A DNA stretch of 64,000 bases from Candidatus Latescibacterota bacterium (GTDB taxonomy: Bacteria; Latescibacterota; UBA2968; UBA8231). The DNA lies in NCBI GenBank assembly GCA_965221775.1, contig CBDCSU010000006.1, positions 576,001 through 640,000 of the forward strand, given 5' to 3'. Position 1 is the stretch's first letter. Every line of letters begins with the position of its first letter. Below the pieces are notes generated by a model. It did not search any database. It was not told the origin of the DNA and worked only from the letters and a program-made list of their open reading frames with translations. This document shows positions 1 to 11,568 of this stretch, piece after piece. A program made the position numbers and the translations under genes.

Positions 1-2
1 AT

Positions 3-3000
3 CTCTCCATACCGTTCGATCACGAGCACGGAGAGGGTGACCACCCCCGCTCCGCAGCCAAGAGGACAGCCGATCTGAACGTGGGCGCACCCCGCACGGT
101 GCGGATGATCTACTTCCTGCCCAACGATCGCCCCTTTCGCCAGGAAGTGGTGGATTCGATGAAGACCCTGATCAAGGAGGTTCAGACTCTCTATGCCGAT
201 CAGATGGGGGCCCACGGGTACGGCGGCAGGACCTTCCGCTTCGAGACCGATGCCCAGGAGGAACCGCTGGTGCATCGGGTGGATGGGCAGCACCCCGACA
301 GCCACTATCTCGATGCCGCTACCGTGGAGGACGAGGTCCGACAGACCTTTGATCTCCGCAGCAACGTCTACTTCATCGCCATCGACAACAGCATCGAGAC
401 AATCAGGAGCGATGGTCACTTTGTGGCTGGTGTAGGCGGTCGAACGGGAAAGAACGGTGGTTTGGCACTCGTTCCAGACGAATTCGACTTCCGCACCGCA
501 GCCCATGAACTGGGCCACGCCTTTGGTTTGCAGCACGATTTCAACGAGGACGCCTACATCATGTCGTATGGGAGCGATCCGGACCGGCTGTCCGCATGCC
601 ACGCCGAGTTCCTGGCCGTGCATCCCTACTTCAATGCTGATGTTGATACACAGGATGGGGTACCACCCACCATCGAACTCCTCTCCTCGCGCGGATTCCC
701 GGAAGGATCGGAAACCGTTCCCGTCCGGCTCGAAGTCACTGATCCGGACGGTCTGCACCAGGTGATTCTGTTCGTCCGGCCAAGCGGATTGCTGGTGATA
801 GGCATTCCCTCCCTGTTTCCCGAGGTGAAGGTGTGTGACGGTTTGGCGGGGGCAAGGGAAGCTACCATCGAGTTCGACTATGATGGCAACATTCCATCCT
901 CCGGCTCAACGGGCCAGCTTGTTCGGGGCGTGCACCAGATGCACGTCGCTGCGGTGGATGTGGACGGGAATGTCGGCTGGACGTCCTTTGACCTCGCGGA
1001 GCTGTCGCCGCACCATGTCAACACCCTGGAGGGACATGGGAGTCGGGTCACTTCGGTGTCCCTCTCGCCCAACGGGACCACCCTCTCCTCGGCTTCTTCG
1101 GACGGCACGGTCCGGCTGTGGGACGTGGAGACCGGCGCGGTGACCAGAACCTTCGAGGAGTCCGCCTCCTCGGTTGCCTTTTCGCCCGACGGGACCACCC
1201 TGGCCACCGGCACGTCGAGGGGCAGCATCCGGATCCGGGAAGTGACGGCCGGGGCAACGCTCGCCACCTTGGAGGGGCATACGGGTCCGGTGACCTCGCT
1301 CTCCTTTTCCCGGGATGGGACCTGGCTTGCCTCCGGCTCCGATGACCACACGGTCAGAGTGTGGCATGCGGCCACCGCCGCACCGGCCGCCAGGATGGAA
1401 GGGCATACGAGTCCGGTGACGTCGGTGTCGTTCTCGCCGGATGGGACCCTTCTTGCCTCCGGCTCGGAAGACAAGACCATCTTGGTGTGGGGTTTCGACC
1501 CCGTCGCCCCCCCCTCGATCCTGCCAGGACATGCAAGCTCGGTGACGTCGGTCTCCTTTTCGCCCGACGGCGCCACGGTAGCTTCCGGGTCAAAGGATGG
1601 AACCATCCGAATCTGGGATGTGGAGACTGGCGCGACGGTCGCCACCCTGGAGGGCCATTCGGGTCCGGTGACGTCGGTGTCGTTCTCACCGGGTGGGGGG
1701 GTCCTGGCTTCCGGATCGCAGCACAAGATACTCTCGGTCCGGCTGTGGGATGTCCTGACGGGGAGGGATATCGCCACTCTCCACCATACGGGTCTGCCCA
1801 CCTCGGTGTCCTTTTCCGCCGATGGGACCGCCCTGGCCTCCGGCGCACAGGATGGCACGATCGAGCTGTGGGATGCCTCCGAGTGGACGCGGCCTCGCCC
1901 GAAGAGGCTGGCGAAAGTCTCCGGCGATGATCAGCAGGGCACCCCGGGCGCCGCCCTGGCCAGTCCCCTGGTAGTGGAGGTAAGAGATCAATACGGCAAC
2001 CCCCTGCCCGATGCGCAAGTGACGTTTGCTGTGACCGGCGGGAGTGGTTCGCTCGACGGGAAATTCACCATTGTCAACGCGACGACCGATGACGACGGCC
2101 GGGCCGAGACGATCTTAACTCTTGGCTTCGTGGAGGGGCTGAATACGGTGGGGGTGTCCATCGCGGAGGTTGAACTGTTGACCTTCAGTGCGATGGGGGT
2201 CGGAACGCCCGAGGTCCCGACCCTGGAGGGGGGTGTTCATACGTGGCACCTGCCCGATGGAACGACCACGCGCCTGGGAAGAGGATCCCTCAGTGATCGG
2301 GAAGGAGCGATTGCCTTCTCGCCCGACGGTCAGCTCCTGGCGGTGGCAACTGGCATTGGCATCTGGCTGTACGAGGCAGAGACAGCGCACGCCGTGGCAC
2401 TGCTGCCCGTTACTGGACGGGTCTGGGCGGTCTCCTTTTCCCCCGACGGCACCCGGCTTGCCTCAGGGGTCAGTACGTACTTTGGCGGCAGGGGTGACAG
2501 TTTTGTCCAGTTGTGGGACGTGACGACGAGAGAGATTGTCGCCACGCTCGGCGGGGGCATGGAAGCAGCCCGGACCTCCTTGTCCTTTTCCCGGGACGGC
2601 TCAACCCTCGCTTCAGGAGGAGAAGGCTTCGTCGACCTCTGGGATGTGGCGACGGGGGCGCCTATCGCCACCTTCCAGGACAACGAGGGCCCCGTGTCGC
2701 TTACTCCCGACGGCAGGACTCTCGCCTTCGTATCCAGTGACAACACCATCCAGTTGCGGGACGTGGCGACGGGAGAGCTTGCCGGCACCCTCGAAGGGCA
2801 TACCCACTGGGTCCGAGGGATTGACTTTTCACCTGACGGAACAACCCTCGCGTCGGCCTCCCTGGATGGCTTGGTGCAACTGTGGGACGTGGCGACGGGG
2901 CAGAGCATCGGCACGCTCCGGCACACGAATTGGGTCCATTCCGTGTCGTTCTCCCCCGACGGCAAGACCCTCGCCTCGGCGTCCCTGGATTTCGAGGGGA

Positions 3001-5072
3001 GCGACGTCAAGCTGTGGGACGTGGCTGCTAGAACGCAGATCGCCACCCTCGAGGGCTGGCCCGCCCATCAGGCCACCTCGGTATCCTTTTCTCCCGATGG
3101 CGCAGTCGTCGCCTCCGGGTCCGTGGGCACGGTGCTGTTGTGGGATGTCGGGACCGGGAACGTCCTCGCCATCGAGGGGCATACGGAGCAAGTCCACTCG
3201 ATTTCTCTCTCGCCGGATGGCAAGACGCTCGCACGGGCATCAAGCGATGGAATCGAGTTGCTGGACCCAGCAACCGCGGAAACCATCCTCATGATCGAAC
3301 GGGGCAACGTCCAGAAGGTGTCTCTCTCGCCCGATGGGAGCATCCTGGCCACCGAGTCTCACTTGTGGGACGTGGAGAGCGGAGAGATCATCGCCAACCT
3401 CGAGCCCGACATCTTCGGTGGGACCGTGGCGTTTTCTGCGGATGGTACGACCCTTGCCTCGACGCGACAGAGCGGAGACATCAGGCTGTGGGATGTGGCT
3501 TCAGGGAGTCTTGCCAGGACCCTGTCCGGCCACTCGGCCCTGGTCTTCTGGCTGTCGTTCTCAGCCGATGGCGCCACTCTCGCTTCCGGGTCCAGATGGG
3601 ACGGAACGATCCGGCTGTGGGACGTGGCGACCGGCGAGAGTACGGCCACCCTCGAGGAGGATGTCCGCTGGGTGTCGCTGTCGCCCGACGGCACCATCCT
3701 GGCTGCTGACTTGAGGTGGGGCCCGATGTTGTGGGACGTGGAGACGTGGACCCAGATCCCCGGCCCCCAGGGCAATGTCAGCTCGATGGCCTTCTCGCCC
3801 GATGGCACGATCCTCGCCCTGGCAGGGCTGGATCTGGTCACTCTCTGGGATGTGGCGGCAAGAGAGACTATCGCCACCCTTTCCGGGCATACCCATGGGG
3901 TTGACTTGCTGTCTTTTTCGCCGGACGGCACCACCCTTGCCTCCGGGGCAAGGGATGGCACGGTCCTGCTGTGGGATCTGCAGCTCCTGCAGCCGCATCC
4001 CCAGACGCTGACCAAGGTCTCGGGGCTCGAACAGCAGGGTCCGGCCGGCGCGCAACTGGGCGAGCCCTTCGTCGTGGAGGTCAGAGACCAGAACGGCAAT
4101 CCCTTCGCCGGGGCGACCGTGACCTTCGCGGCTACCGCCGGCGACGGCACCCTCTCCACGACCACCGCCACCACCGATGCCGAGGGCCGGGCGGCCACGA
4201 CCCTGACCCTGGGAAGCGAGCCCGGGGCCAACACCGTGGAAGCAACCGTCGACGGACTGGAGCCGGTGACCTTCACCGCCACCGGACTGGCGGTTCCCCG
4301 GACACTGACCAAGGTCTCCGGCGATGAGCAAGAGGGACCGGCGGGAGCCGCCCTGCCGGAGCCGTTCGTGATCGAGGTGAGAGATCAGAACGGCAACCCG
4401 TTTGCCGGAGCCACTGTCACCTTCTCGGTCACCGCCGGCGAGGGCACCCTCTCCGAGACCACCGCCGCCACCGACGCCGAGGGCCGCGCCACCGCCACCC
4501 TGACCCTGGGCCGCACCCCGGGGCCGAACACCGTCACCGCCAACGTACCCGGCCTCGACCCGGTCACCTTCACCTCCACCGCCGAGGCGACTCCCGACTT
4601 CGACGGCGACGGCGAGACCGGCTTCGACGACTTCTTCCTCTTCGCCGAAGCCTTCGGCGGCAGCGACCCCCGCTTCGACCTCGACGGCAACGGCACCGTC
4701 GACTTCGACGACTTCTTCCTCTTCGCCGAGGCCTTCGGCCAGCCCGCCCGGGCCAAGCTGCTGGCCCTGGCCCGAGAGCGGCTCGGCCTGCCCGACGGAC
4801 CCCAGCTGCAGCAGAACACCCCCAACCCCTTCAACAGCGGAACCGTCATCTCCTGGTTCCAGCTGGAGCCGGGTCCCGCGCGCATGGAGGTGTTCGCCCT
4901 CACCGGCCAGCGGGTGGCGGTGCTGCACCAGGGACCGGAGAAGGCGGGGGTCCACCGCCTTCGCTGGGACGGCCGCGACGACCAGGGCCGCCCCCTGGCC
5001 AGCGGCGTCTATGTGTACCGGTTAGTGACGTCCGAAGCCGTGCAGACGCGCAAGCTCACCCTGCTTCGGTGA
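3..5072 (+). CDS. Large secreted multidomain protein: zinc metallopeptidase + multiple WD40 propellers + Big_1/invasin Ig domains + EF-hand/dockerin-like pair + C-terminal FlgD-Ig domain (5' end outside window)
   Basis: Frame is open from position 3 (LSIPFDHEHGE...). Metzincin motif HELGHAFGLQH with YIMSY Met-turn; more than 20 GH...SVSFSPDG...LWD repeats; KVSGDDQQG Ig repeats; DFDGDG..FDDF-like motif twice; QNTPNPFNS...GVYVYRL C-terminus. Confidence 0.9.
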   Translation, partial: LSIPFDHEHGEGDHPRSAAKRTADLNVGAPRTVRMIYFLPNDRPFRQEVVDSMKTLIKEVQTLYADQMGAHGYGGRTFRFETDAQEEPLVHRVDGQHPDSHYLDAATVEDEVRQTFDLRSNVYFIAIDNSIETIRSDGHFVAGVGGRTGKNGGLALVPDEFDFRTAAHELGHAFGLQHDFNEDAYIMSYGSDPDRLSACHAEFLAVHPYFNADVDTQDGVPPTIELLSSRGFPEGSETVPVRLEVTDPDGLHQVILFVRPSGLLVIGIPSLFPEVKVCDGLAGAREATIEFDYDGNIPSSGSTGQLVRGVHQMHVAAVDVDGNVGWTSFDLAELSPHHVNTLEGHGSRVTSVSLSPNGTTLSSASSDGTVRLWDVETGAVTRTFEESASSVAFSPDGTTLATGTSRGSIRIREVTAGATLATLEGHTGPVTSLSFSRDGTWLASGSDDHTVRVWHAATAAPAARMEGHTSPVTSVSFSPDGTLLASGSEDKTILVWGFDPVAPPSILPGHASSVTSVSFSPDGATVASGSKDGTIRIWDVETGATVATLEGHSGPVTSVSFSPGGGVLASGSQHKILSVRLWDVLTGRDIATLHHTGLPTSVSFSADGTALASGAQDGTIELWDASEWTRPRPKRLAKVSGDDQQGTPGAALASPLVVEVRDQYGNPLPDAQVTFAVTGGSGSLDGKFTIVNATTDDDGRAETILTLGFVEGLNTVGVSIAEVELLTFSAMGVGTPEVPTLEGGVHTWHLPDGTTTRLGRGSLSDREGAIAFSPDGQLLAVATGIGIWLYEAETAHAVALLPVTGRVWAVSFSPDGTRLASGVSTYFGGRGDSFVQLWDVTTREIVATLGGGMEAARTSLSFSRDGSTLASGGEGFVDLWDVATGAPIATFQDNEGPVSLTPDGRTLAFVSSDNTIQLRDVATGELAGTLEGHTHWVRGIDFSPDGTTLASASLDGLVQLWDVATGQSIGTLRHTNWVHSVSFSPDGKTLASASLDFEGSDVKLWDVAARTQIATLEGWPAHQATSVSFSPDGAVVASGSVGTVLLWDVGTGNVLAIEGHTEQVHSISLSPDGKTLARASSDGIELLDPATAETILMIERGNVQKVSLSPDGSILATESHLWDVESGEIIANLEPDIFGGTVAFSADGTTLASTRQSGDIRLWDVASGSLARTLSGHSALVFWLSFSADGATLASGSRWDGTIRLWDVATGESTATLEEDVRWVSLSPDGTILAADLRWGPMLWDVETWTQIPGPQGNVSSMAFSPDGTILALAGLDLVTLWDVAARETIATLSGHTHGVDLLSFSPDGTTLASGARDGTVLLWDLQLLQPHPQTLTKVSGLEQQGPAGAQLGEPFVVEVRDQNGNPFAGATVTFAATAGDGTLSTTTATTDAEGRAATTLTLGSEPGANTVEATVDGLEPVTFTATGLAVPRTLTKVSGDEQEGPAGAALPEPFVIEVRDQNGNPFAGATVTFSVTAGEGTLSETTAATDAEGRATATLTLGRTPGPNTVTANVPGLDPVTFTSTAEATPDFDGDGETGFDDFFLFAEAFGGSDPRFDLDGNGTVDFDDFFLFAEAFGQPARAKLLALARERLGLPDGPQLQQNTPNPFNSGTVISWFQLEPGPARMEVFALTGQRVAVLHQGPEKAGVHRLRWDGRDDQGRPLASGVYVYRLVTSEAVQTRKLTLLR

Positions 5073-5416
5073 CGGTTTGCCCTGACCACGCGATCCGGGC
5101 GAGGCAGGAAGAGCGCCCTGCGCCGAGCACACGGCGGATGCCCCGACGGTGTATGTACGTGCTCCACTACCCGGCGGGAATGCAGACGCGGTGGTTGCTA
5201 CTCCTCAAGTAGGAGCAAAGGGCGTTCCTCCACGCGCACCTTCCCGTGCTCCGGTGAGTTCCCGCCTGATTTCTTGAGATCCCCCTCCATTTGGATGGCG
5301 CCAAGAAGCGCCCGCTTGCGTATGGTGAGTGGCGCCAAGATTCGCGGCTACCTGTCCGACCCCGGCCGCGGGTCTTTGTCTGTCACCACTTCCGACATAG
5401 CTCAGAAAGGCCAAAG

Positions 5417-8051
5417 ATGAAGCGAGTTGTCTCCGCCAACTCGGATCGCAAACCAATCTTGCCCCCCCTGCTCCTTGCAGCCTGGATGGCCGCTGCGCCG
5501 ACCGACGCCGTGCCGCAGGTCGAGGGCCGAGTGCGGCTGTCGTCCGGCGAACCGGTGGTCGGGGCCCAAGTGCGGCTCTTCGACCTGGACGATCTGCGAG
5601 CGGCTCCGTTGACGGCGACCACGGATGAGTCCGGGGGCTTCCAGCTGTCCCTGGAGGGCTTTCCGGCAGGCCGGTCCGCCCTGCCGGACCGTTTCGACCT
5701 GGGGCTGAACTATCCCAATCCGTTCAACCCGTCCACGGTCATCCCCTACCAGCTGCCGGTTTCGACCGATGTGCGCCTGGACGTGTTCAACGTCCTGGGT
5801 CAGCGGGTGGCGACGCTGGTCAACGGCGTGCAGCCCGCCGGCTATCACACGGCTCGCTGGGACGCTACCGATGGGGCCGGCCGGGCCGTGGCCGCCGGGG
5901 TCTATCTCTACCGGCTGCGAGGCGGCGGCGTCACCCTGACGGAGCGCATGGTGCTGGTCGACGGACAGGCCGGCGTGGCGGCGCCCTCGGGAGAGCGGCA
6001 GGGGGCGGCTTCCCAGCGGGCGCCTTCGGCGATCTACGGCCTGACCGTCTCGGGACCCGGGATGGTCGCCTACGTGGATCCGGTTTTCCCGGTGGCCCCC
6101 GCCGCCGGGCTGGTGGACGTGGTGGTCCAGGCCTCGAGAGACGTCCCTCGAGCGAAGACGGCCTCGACAGAGACGGGGGTGTTGGGCGACGTGGACAACA
6201 ACGGCCGGGTCAACATCGCCGACGCCCTGCTGGTGCTGCTGTACAGCGCCGATCCGACCACCGTCATGCCCAACGACGGCGACATCTCCCAGGGCGACGT
6301 CAACGCCGACGGCCGCGTCGACCTGTCCGACGCCTGGCTGATCGCCAGCTACACCATCGACCCGACCGATCCGCTGCTGCCGGCCGGGATCGGGGCGCCG
6401 GTGGGGGTGGTCGCCCCGACGAAGATCTACTGGACGGACTGGCACTCAGACAAAATTCGGCGTTCGAACCTGGACGGCTCCAGCGTCGAAGATCTCGTCA
6501 CGGGAGTGGATTCCCCAAACGGGCTGGCTCTGGATATGGTGGGCGGCAAGATGTACTGGACGGACCGGAACACCGGAAAGATCCAGCGAGCCAACCTTGA
6601 CGGCTCCAGCGTGGAAGACTTGGTGGCCACCGGATTGAGCTCTCCCTGGGGACTGGCCTTGGACGTAATGGGAGGAAAGATGTACTGGGTGGACTATGGA
6701 ACGAATAAGCTCCAAACGTTCAAACCTCGACGGCTCCGGCGTCGAAGACCTGATCGCCACCGGACTGAGAACCCCCGAAGCGGTGGCCCTGGATGTGGTC
6801 CGCAGCCAGATGTACTGGACCGACCGGGGGACCGACAAGATTCAGCGTTCGAACCTCGACGGCTCCAACATCGAAGACCTCGTCACCACCGGACTGATCG
6901 ACCCTCGGGGACTCGCGCTGGACGCCGCGGAGGGCAAGCTCTACTGGGCGGACCCGAGCACCGACAAGATCCAACGCGCCAACCTGGACGGGTCACAGGT
7001 GGAAGACCTCGTGGCCACAGGACTGCGGGGTCCCGTGTGGATCGCCCTGGACACGCCCTCCGCGTCAGCCGACCACGGGGACAGCCGCTCGTCGGCGACG
7101 CCGGTCGCTTCCGGGAGTGAGACGCCCGGCGAGTTGGAACCAGACGATGTCGACTACTTCCGCGTGGAGGTCGCCGAGGCGGGGGTCCTGATCGTCGCCT
7201 TCACCACCGGCAATCTGGACACCTACGGCTACATCGAGGACAGCTCCGGCAACGTCCTCGCGAGCAATGACGACGGGGGACAAAATGCCAACTTCCGGGT
7301 GACGGCCACGGTGGATGCCGGCACCTACTACATCCGAGTTCGTGGCTTCGGAAACAGCCAGACCGGCCCCTACACCCTGCATGTGGAAGTGCATGAGCCT
7401 GACGATCACGGGGACACCCGCTTGTCGGCGACGCCGGTCGCTTCCGGGAGTGAGACCCCAGGCGAGCTGGTGCCTGGGGATGTCGACTACTTCCGCGTGG
7501 AGGTCGCCGAGGCGGGGGTCCTGATCGTCGCCTTCACCACCGGCAATCTGGACACCTACGGCTACATCGAGGACAGCTCCGGCAACGTCCTCGCGAGCAA
7601 TGACGACGGGGGACAAAATGCCAACTTCCGGGTGACGGCCACGGTGGATGCCGGCACCTACTACATCCGAGTTCGTGGCTTCGGAAACAGCCAGACCGGC
7701 CCCTACACCCTGCATGTGGAAGTGCATGAGCCTGACGATCACGGGGACACCCAGTCGACCGCCACTCTCGTAACCATCCCGAGTACAACCCCAAGCGTCC
7801 TGGACGCCGGTGACGTCGATTACTTCCGGGTCGTCGTCACCAAGTCGCGCACCCTGGTAGCCTATACGACCGGCAACCTCGATACCGTCGGCTCCCTCTA
7901 TGACGGCACGGGGGCGTGGCTCGCCGGCAATGACGATTGGGGGGATGCCAACTTCCGCATCTCGCACTCTGTCCAGCCCGGCACCTACTACCTCCGTGTC
8001 GCAGGCTTCTCCTCCTCAACGACCGGCCCTTACACCCTGCATGTGAGGTAG
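5417..8051 (+). CDS. Secreted modular protein (carboxypeptidase-regulatory-like/FlgD-Ig/dockerin cassette + YWTD LDL-receptor-type propeller + 3 PPC-like domains); +1 frameshift at about 6714-6716
   Basis: ATG 5417 followed by a hydrophobic signal-like stretch; NYPNPFNPST; GDVDNNG/GDVNADG; KMYWTD...IQRSNLDGS repeats continue across ORFs 5291..7120 and 6696..8051; one extra A in ctccaaacgttca breaks LQRSNLDG. Confidence 0.8.
7146..7752 (+). repeat. Intragenic tandem duplication, period 333 bp (111-aa PPC-like domain)
   Basis: 7146-7419 and 7479-7752 read as identical (274 bp) by eye. Confidence 0.9.
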
Positions 8052-8165
8052 ACAGGCCCACGTTGTCTCATCTCGCAGAGGAGACAGGAGAATGGTGACG
8101 TCCGCTGCAGGCCAGCCATTTGCCGCCGCGGCCCTCTGGGCCAAGCTGGCGGAGTAGAGGCAGAA

Positions 8166-11100
8166 GTGAAGGCGGTCAGAGTCTGTCTCGTCGGGCTGAT
8201 GGCATGGAACCATGCGGCGGCCGATCCGCGGCTTGAAGGCCGGGTGCTGCGGACTTCCGGGGAGCCCCTGGCCCGAGCGCAGGTGCGGCTCTTCGATCTG
8301 GCCGATCTGCGCGGAACCCCGAACGCCGTGACCACGGATGAGTCGGGTCGCTTCACGCTCCACCTCGGAACCTTGCCGGGGCTGGCCCTGCCCGAGCGGT
8401 TCCAACTGGGGGCGAACTACCCCAATCCGTTCAACCCCTCAACCCTCATCCCGTATCAGCTTCCAGCCGCGATGCACGTGCGCCTGGAGGTGTTCAACCT
8501 CCTGGGGCAGCGCATCGCCACGCTGGTCGACCGGGAGCAGCCGGCCGGCTTTCACACCGCGGAGTGGGACGCCACGGACGCGGCAGGACAGGCGGTGGGG
8601 GCCGGGGTCTATCTCTACCTCCTGAGCGGCGATGGCGCGAAGATCACCCGCCGGATGCTGCTGATCGACGGGCAGGCGGGGATCTCGTCGGCTGGTTCGG
8701 GAGGGCCGGGCGGCGTGGGAGGACCAGCCGCAGCGGAGGAGGCGGGGAGACGGCCCCGGTCTACGGGTTGACCGTCTCGGGCCCGGGGCTGGTCCCCTAC
8801 GTCGACCCGGCCTTCCGGGTAGAGGCGGGCATGGCCCCGGTGGAGGTGGTGGTCCAAGCCCCGGACAGCGCCCCCTCGGCGAAGGTGGCCTCCTCCGGGA
8901 TCCTCGGCGACGTCGACAACACGAGTCATGTCGATTTCTTCGACGCCCTGCTGGTGGCCCTGCACAGCCAGGACGCCAGCATCGTCATGCCCAACAACGG
9001 CGACATCTCCCTGGGCGACGTCAACGCCGACGGACAGGTCGACCTGTCCGACGCCTGGCTGATCGCCGCGTACCTCAACGATCCCTCCGATCCGTCGCTG
9101 CCGGCCGGGATCGGCGAGTCAGTCGGTCCGGCCGCTTCCCTGTCGCCGGATCCTTCGACGGTCACCTTCGCCGATGACGGGGCCTGGCACCGGTTCACGG
9201 TCCAGACCGGCGAGCCGGTCTCGGTGGTGGTCAATCCGGCGGGGACGCCCCGTGCGCTGGAGATCACCACCCGAAGCGGGCGCGGCAACTACTGCCCCGC
9301 CGAAGCCGACGACGGCGCCACCCGCCGGGACGGCCAGACGATCTACCTGTCCGGGTGCGCCGCGGGCGAGGCCACGCTGGAGTTGCGGCGGGAGTCGGAC
9401 GGCACCGTCCTGCGGACCTACACCTTCGAGGTGACCGGCAGCCCGGCGGACCTGGTCGTGCAGTCGGTCTCGGTCAGCGACAGCACCCTGACGCCGGGTC
9501 AATCCTTCACCCTGAGAGCCACCGTGCGCAACCAGGGCACGGCTGAATCGGCGGCCACGACCTTGCGCTGGTACCGCTCGTCCAACCGGACGATCTCCAC
9601 GCGGGACACGGAAGTGGGAACCGACGCGGTGGGGGCCCTGGGCGCTTCCGGCTCCAGCGCCGAGTCGATCCGCCTGAGCGCTCCGTCAAGTGCGGGCACG
9701 TACTACTATGGCGCCTGCGTGACCAGCGTTGGCGGAGAGAGGGCCGGCAACAACTGCTCCCGGGGAGTCCGCGTCAGGGTGGAAGCCGAGAGTCCGGACC
9801 TCGTCGTCGAATCGGCTGTGGTCAGCGACAGCACCCTGACGCCGGGGCAGTCCTTCACCCTGAGCGCCACGGTGCGCAACCAAGGCACGGGTGCGGCGGT
9901 GGCCACCGCCCTGCGCTACTACCGCTCGACGAACGCGACGATCTCGACGCGAGATTCGGAAGTGGGCACCGACCCGGTGGACGCCTTGGCCGCTTCCGGC
10001 ACCAGTGCCGAGTCGATCAACCTGACGGCCCCGTCGGGTGAAGGCACCTACTACTATGGTGCCTGCGTGGCCCCGGTGGACGGAGAAGTCGATCCCGGGA
10101 ACAACTGTTCTCCTGCAGCAGCTCTATCCGTCAGCATTCAAGACGACGACGCTCTGAGTTCGCCTCCACCGACCTGGGTGTTTTCGGGAGATGTGCCGGA
10201 GGCCCATAAAGCGGAGTTGCGCGAGGAGATGGAATACGTCCGTACCTGGTTCGCCGACCAATACGGTTTCGAAGCAACTGGCTTTACGGTGCTGGTCAGT
10301 GCCAACTATGAAGCACTCTCCCCGACGTACCCGGGCGTAGTCGGTGCAGCGCTCTCCAACCACTACCACCCGCAGGCAAAGTTCCCATACGCTTGGGTTA
10401 CGCGATCTGCAACGGGTGGTGCCGTGATGGCGCTGATGTACGGGACTCTCTCTGATGAGCCTCTCTCTACCCTCAAACATCACATCGCCCACGAGTACTT
10501 CCACGTTCTGCAGGGACAACTTGCTTCAGGATTCGCACAACTGCCGGATGGCGAGATCGCCTGGCACAGTGACGCATCCTCTCGTGGCCCCAACTGGCTG
10601 GTGGAAGGCTTGGCTTCCTATGCCGACTACGCGTACACCCCAAGCAGAGCCGGACGCAGGCCCTTTCTGGGGGACCGGTACTACCCCTACAACGACTTAC
10701 AATGGTTCTATCTGAATGAGTCGGTTACCATAGGTGATCTGGCAGAGCTGGGGAGCTATCTGGATTTCAAGTGCACCTTTTCTGACAACTACTCCTACCC
10801 TCTGAGTTTTGCGGCATCCGTTTTCTTGCTTGAGCAGGCCCAGGCAGACTCGTATGTGAACTACTGGACGCTCCTTGGCGAGCGGTCGACTTGGGAGCAG
10901 GCGTTCGAGGAAGCCTTCGGAGTCCGTGTCAGTGACTTTTACGCTGCCTTCGATGAGTGGCTTCCCTCCCAGTTGCCTCCCCTTGCCCAACTCAAGCTGC
11001 AGATGCGCTGGCCGGACATGGAGAGCCTGCCCCAGACGTGGAGATTCCTCTATCTCAATATCGAGAACTGGGGAACTTGGGAGAGTAGAAAACCCTCTAA

Positions 11101-11386
11101 CCTCAGTACGGGATGGACCGGGCTGAGGGGCCTGCCCCTGCAAATGACTGCCACATACGATGAGGGTGCCGTCGGGTCAGGCTACCTTTCCCTCTGGTGG
11201 TCTGACGACCAATGCACCGCGTATCTCCTTGGTTGGTACAGAGATGGCGAGCTCACCAGTCGGCGCGAGGATGCTACGGCGGTAGAGTTCACTGGCAGGT
11301 CAGCCACCATCGATTGGAACATTCCTGGACATCCGGATACGCTTCCTCGATTGCAGGAAAGAGAAAGAGTGCCAGGATGCAAGTAG
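8166..11386 (+). CDS. Secreted modular protein (same N-terminal cassette + 2 CARDB-like domains + C-terminal HExxH zinc peptidase-like domain); 1-nt deletion frameshift at about 8744-8747
   Basis: GTG 8166 with signal-like N-terminus; NYPNPFNPST; ORFs 8166..8771 and 8564..11386 join if one G is added to the run in ggcggggaga (AGETAPVYGL); DLVV..S.SVSDSTLTPGQSFTL twice; HEYFH...PNWLVEGLA. Confidence 0.8.
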
Positions 11387-11568
11387 GTCCATGTATACTC
11401 TACCCAGCTGCATGAAACCTACGCGGAATTGCGCAGGTAGGCACTCTAGTCTTGACCCCTCGCTCGCAGCTTAGGCGCGCAGTGCGATGGGTCCGGAAGC
11501 GGCGAGATGGCGCGCCAGCGCAGCCACGGCATCAGTCCCTCCTTCTCCCATTCACGAAAGGGGAGCGC

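Noticed and set aside
1030-4000. Periodic repeats resembling a CRISPR array or DGR target
   Set aside because: They are in-frame degenerate WD40 coding repeats; no constant repeat-spacer structure, cas gene or reverse transcriptase in the window
5296-5340. Direct repeat tggcgccaaga twice upstream of the 5417 gene
   Set aside because: Only two 11-mers, does not fit sigma-54 spacing; could be an operator but unsupported
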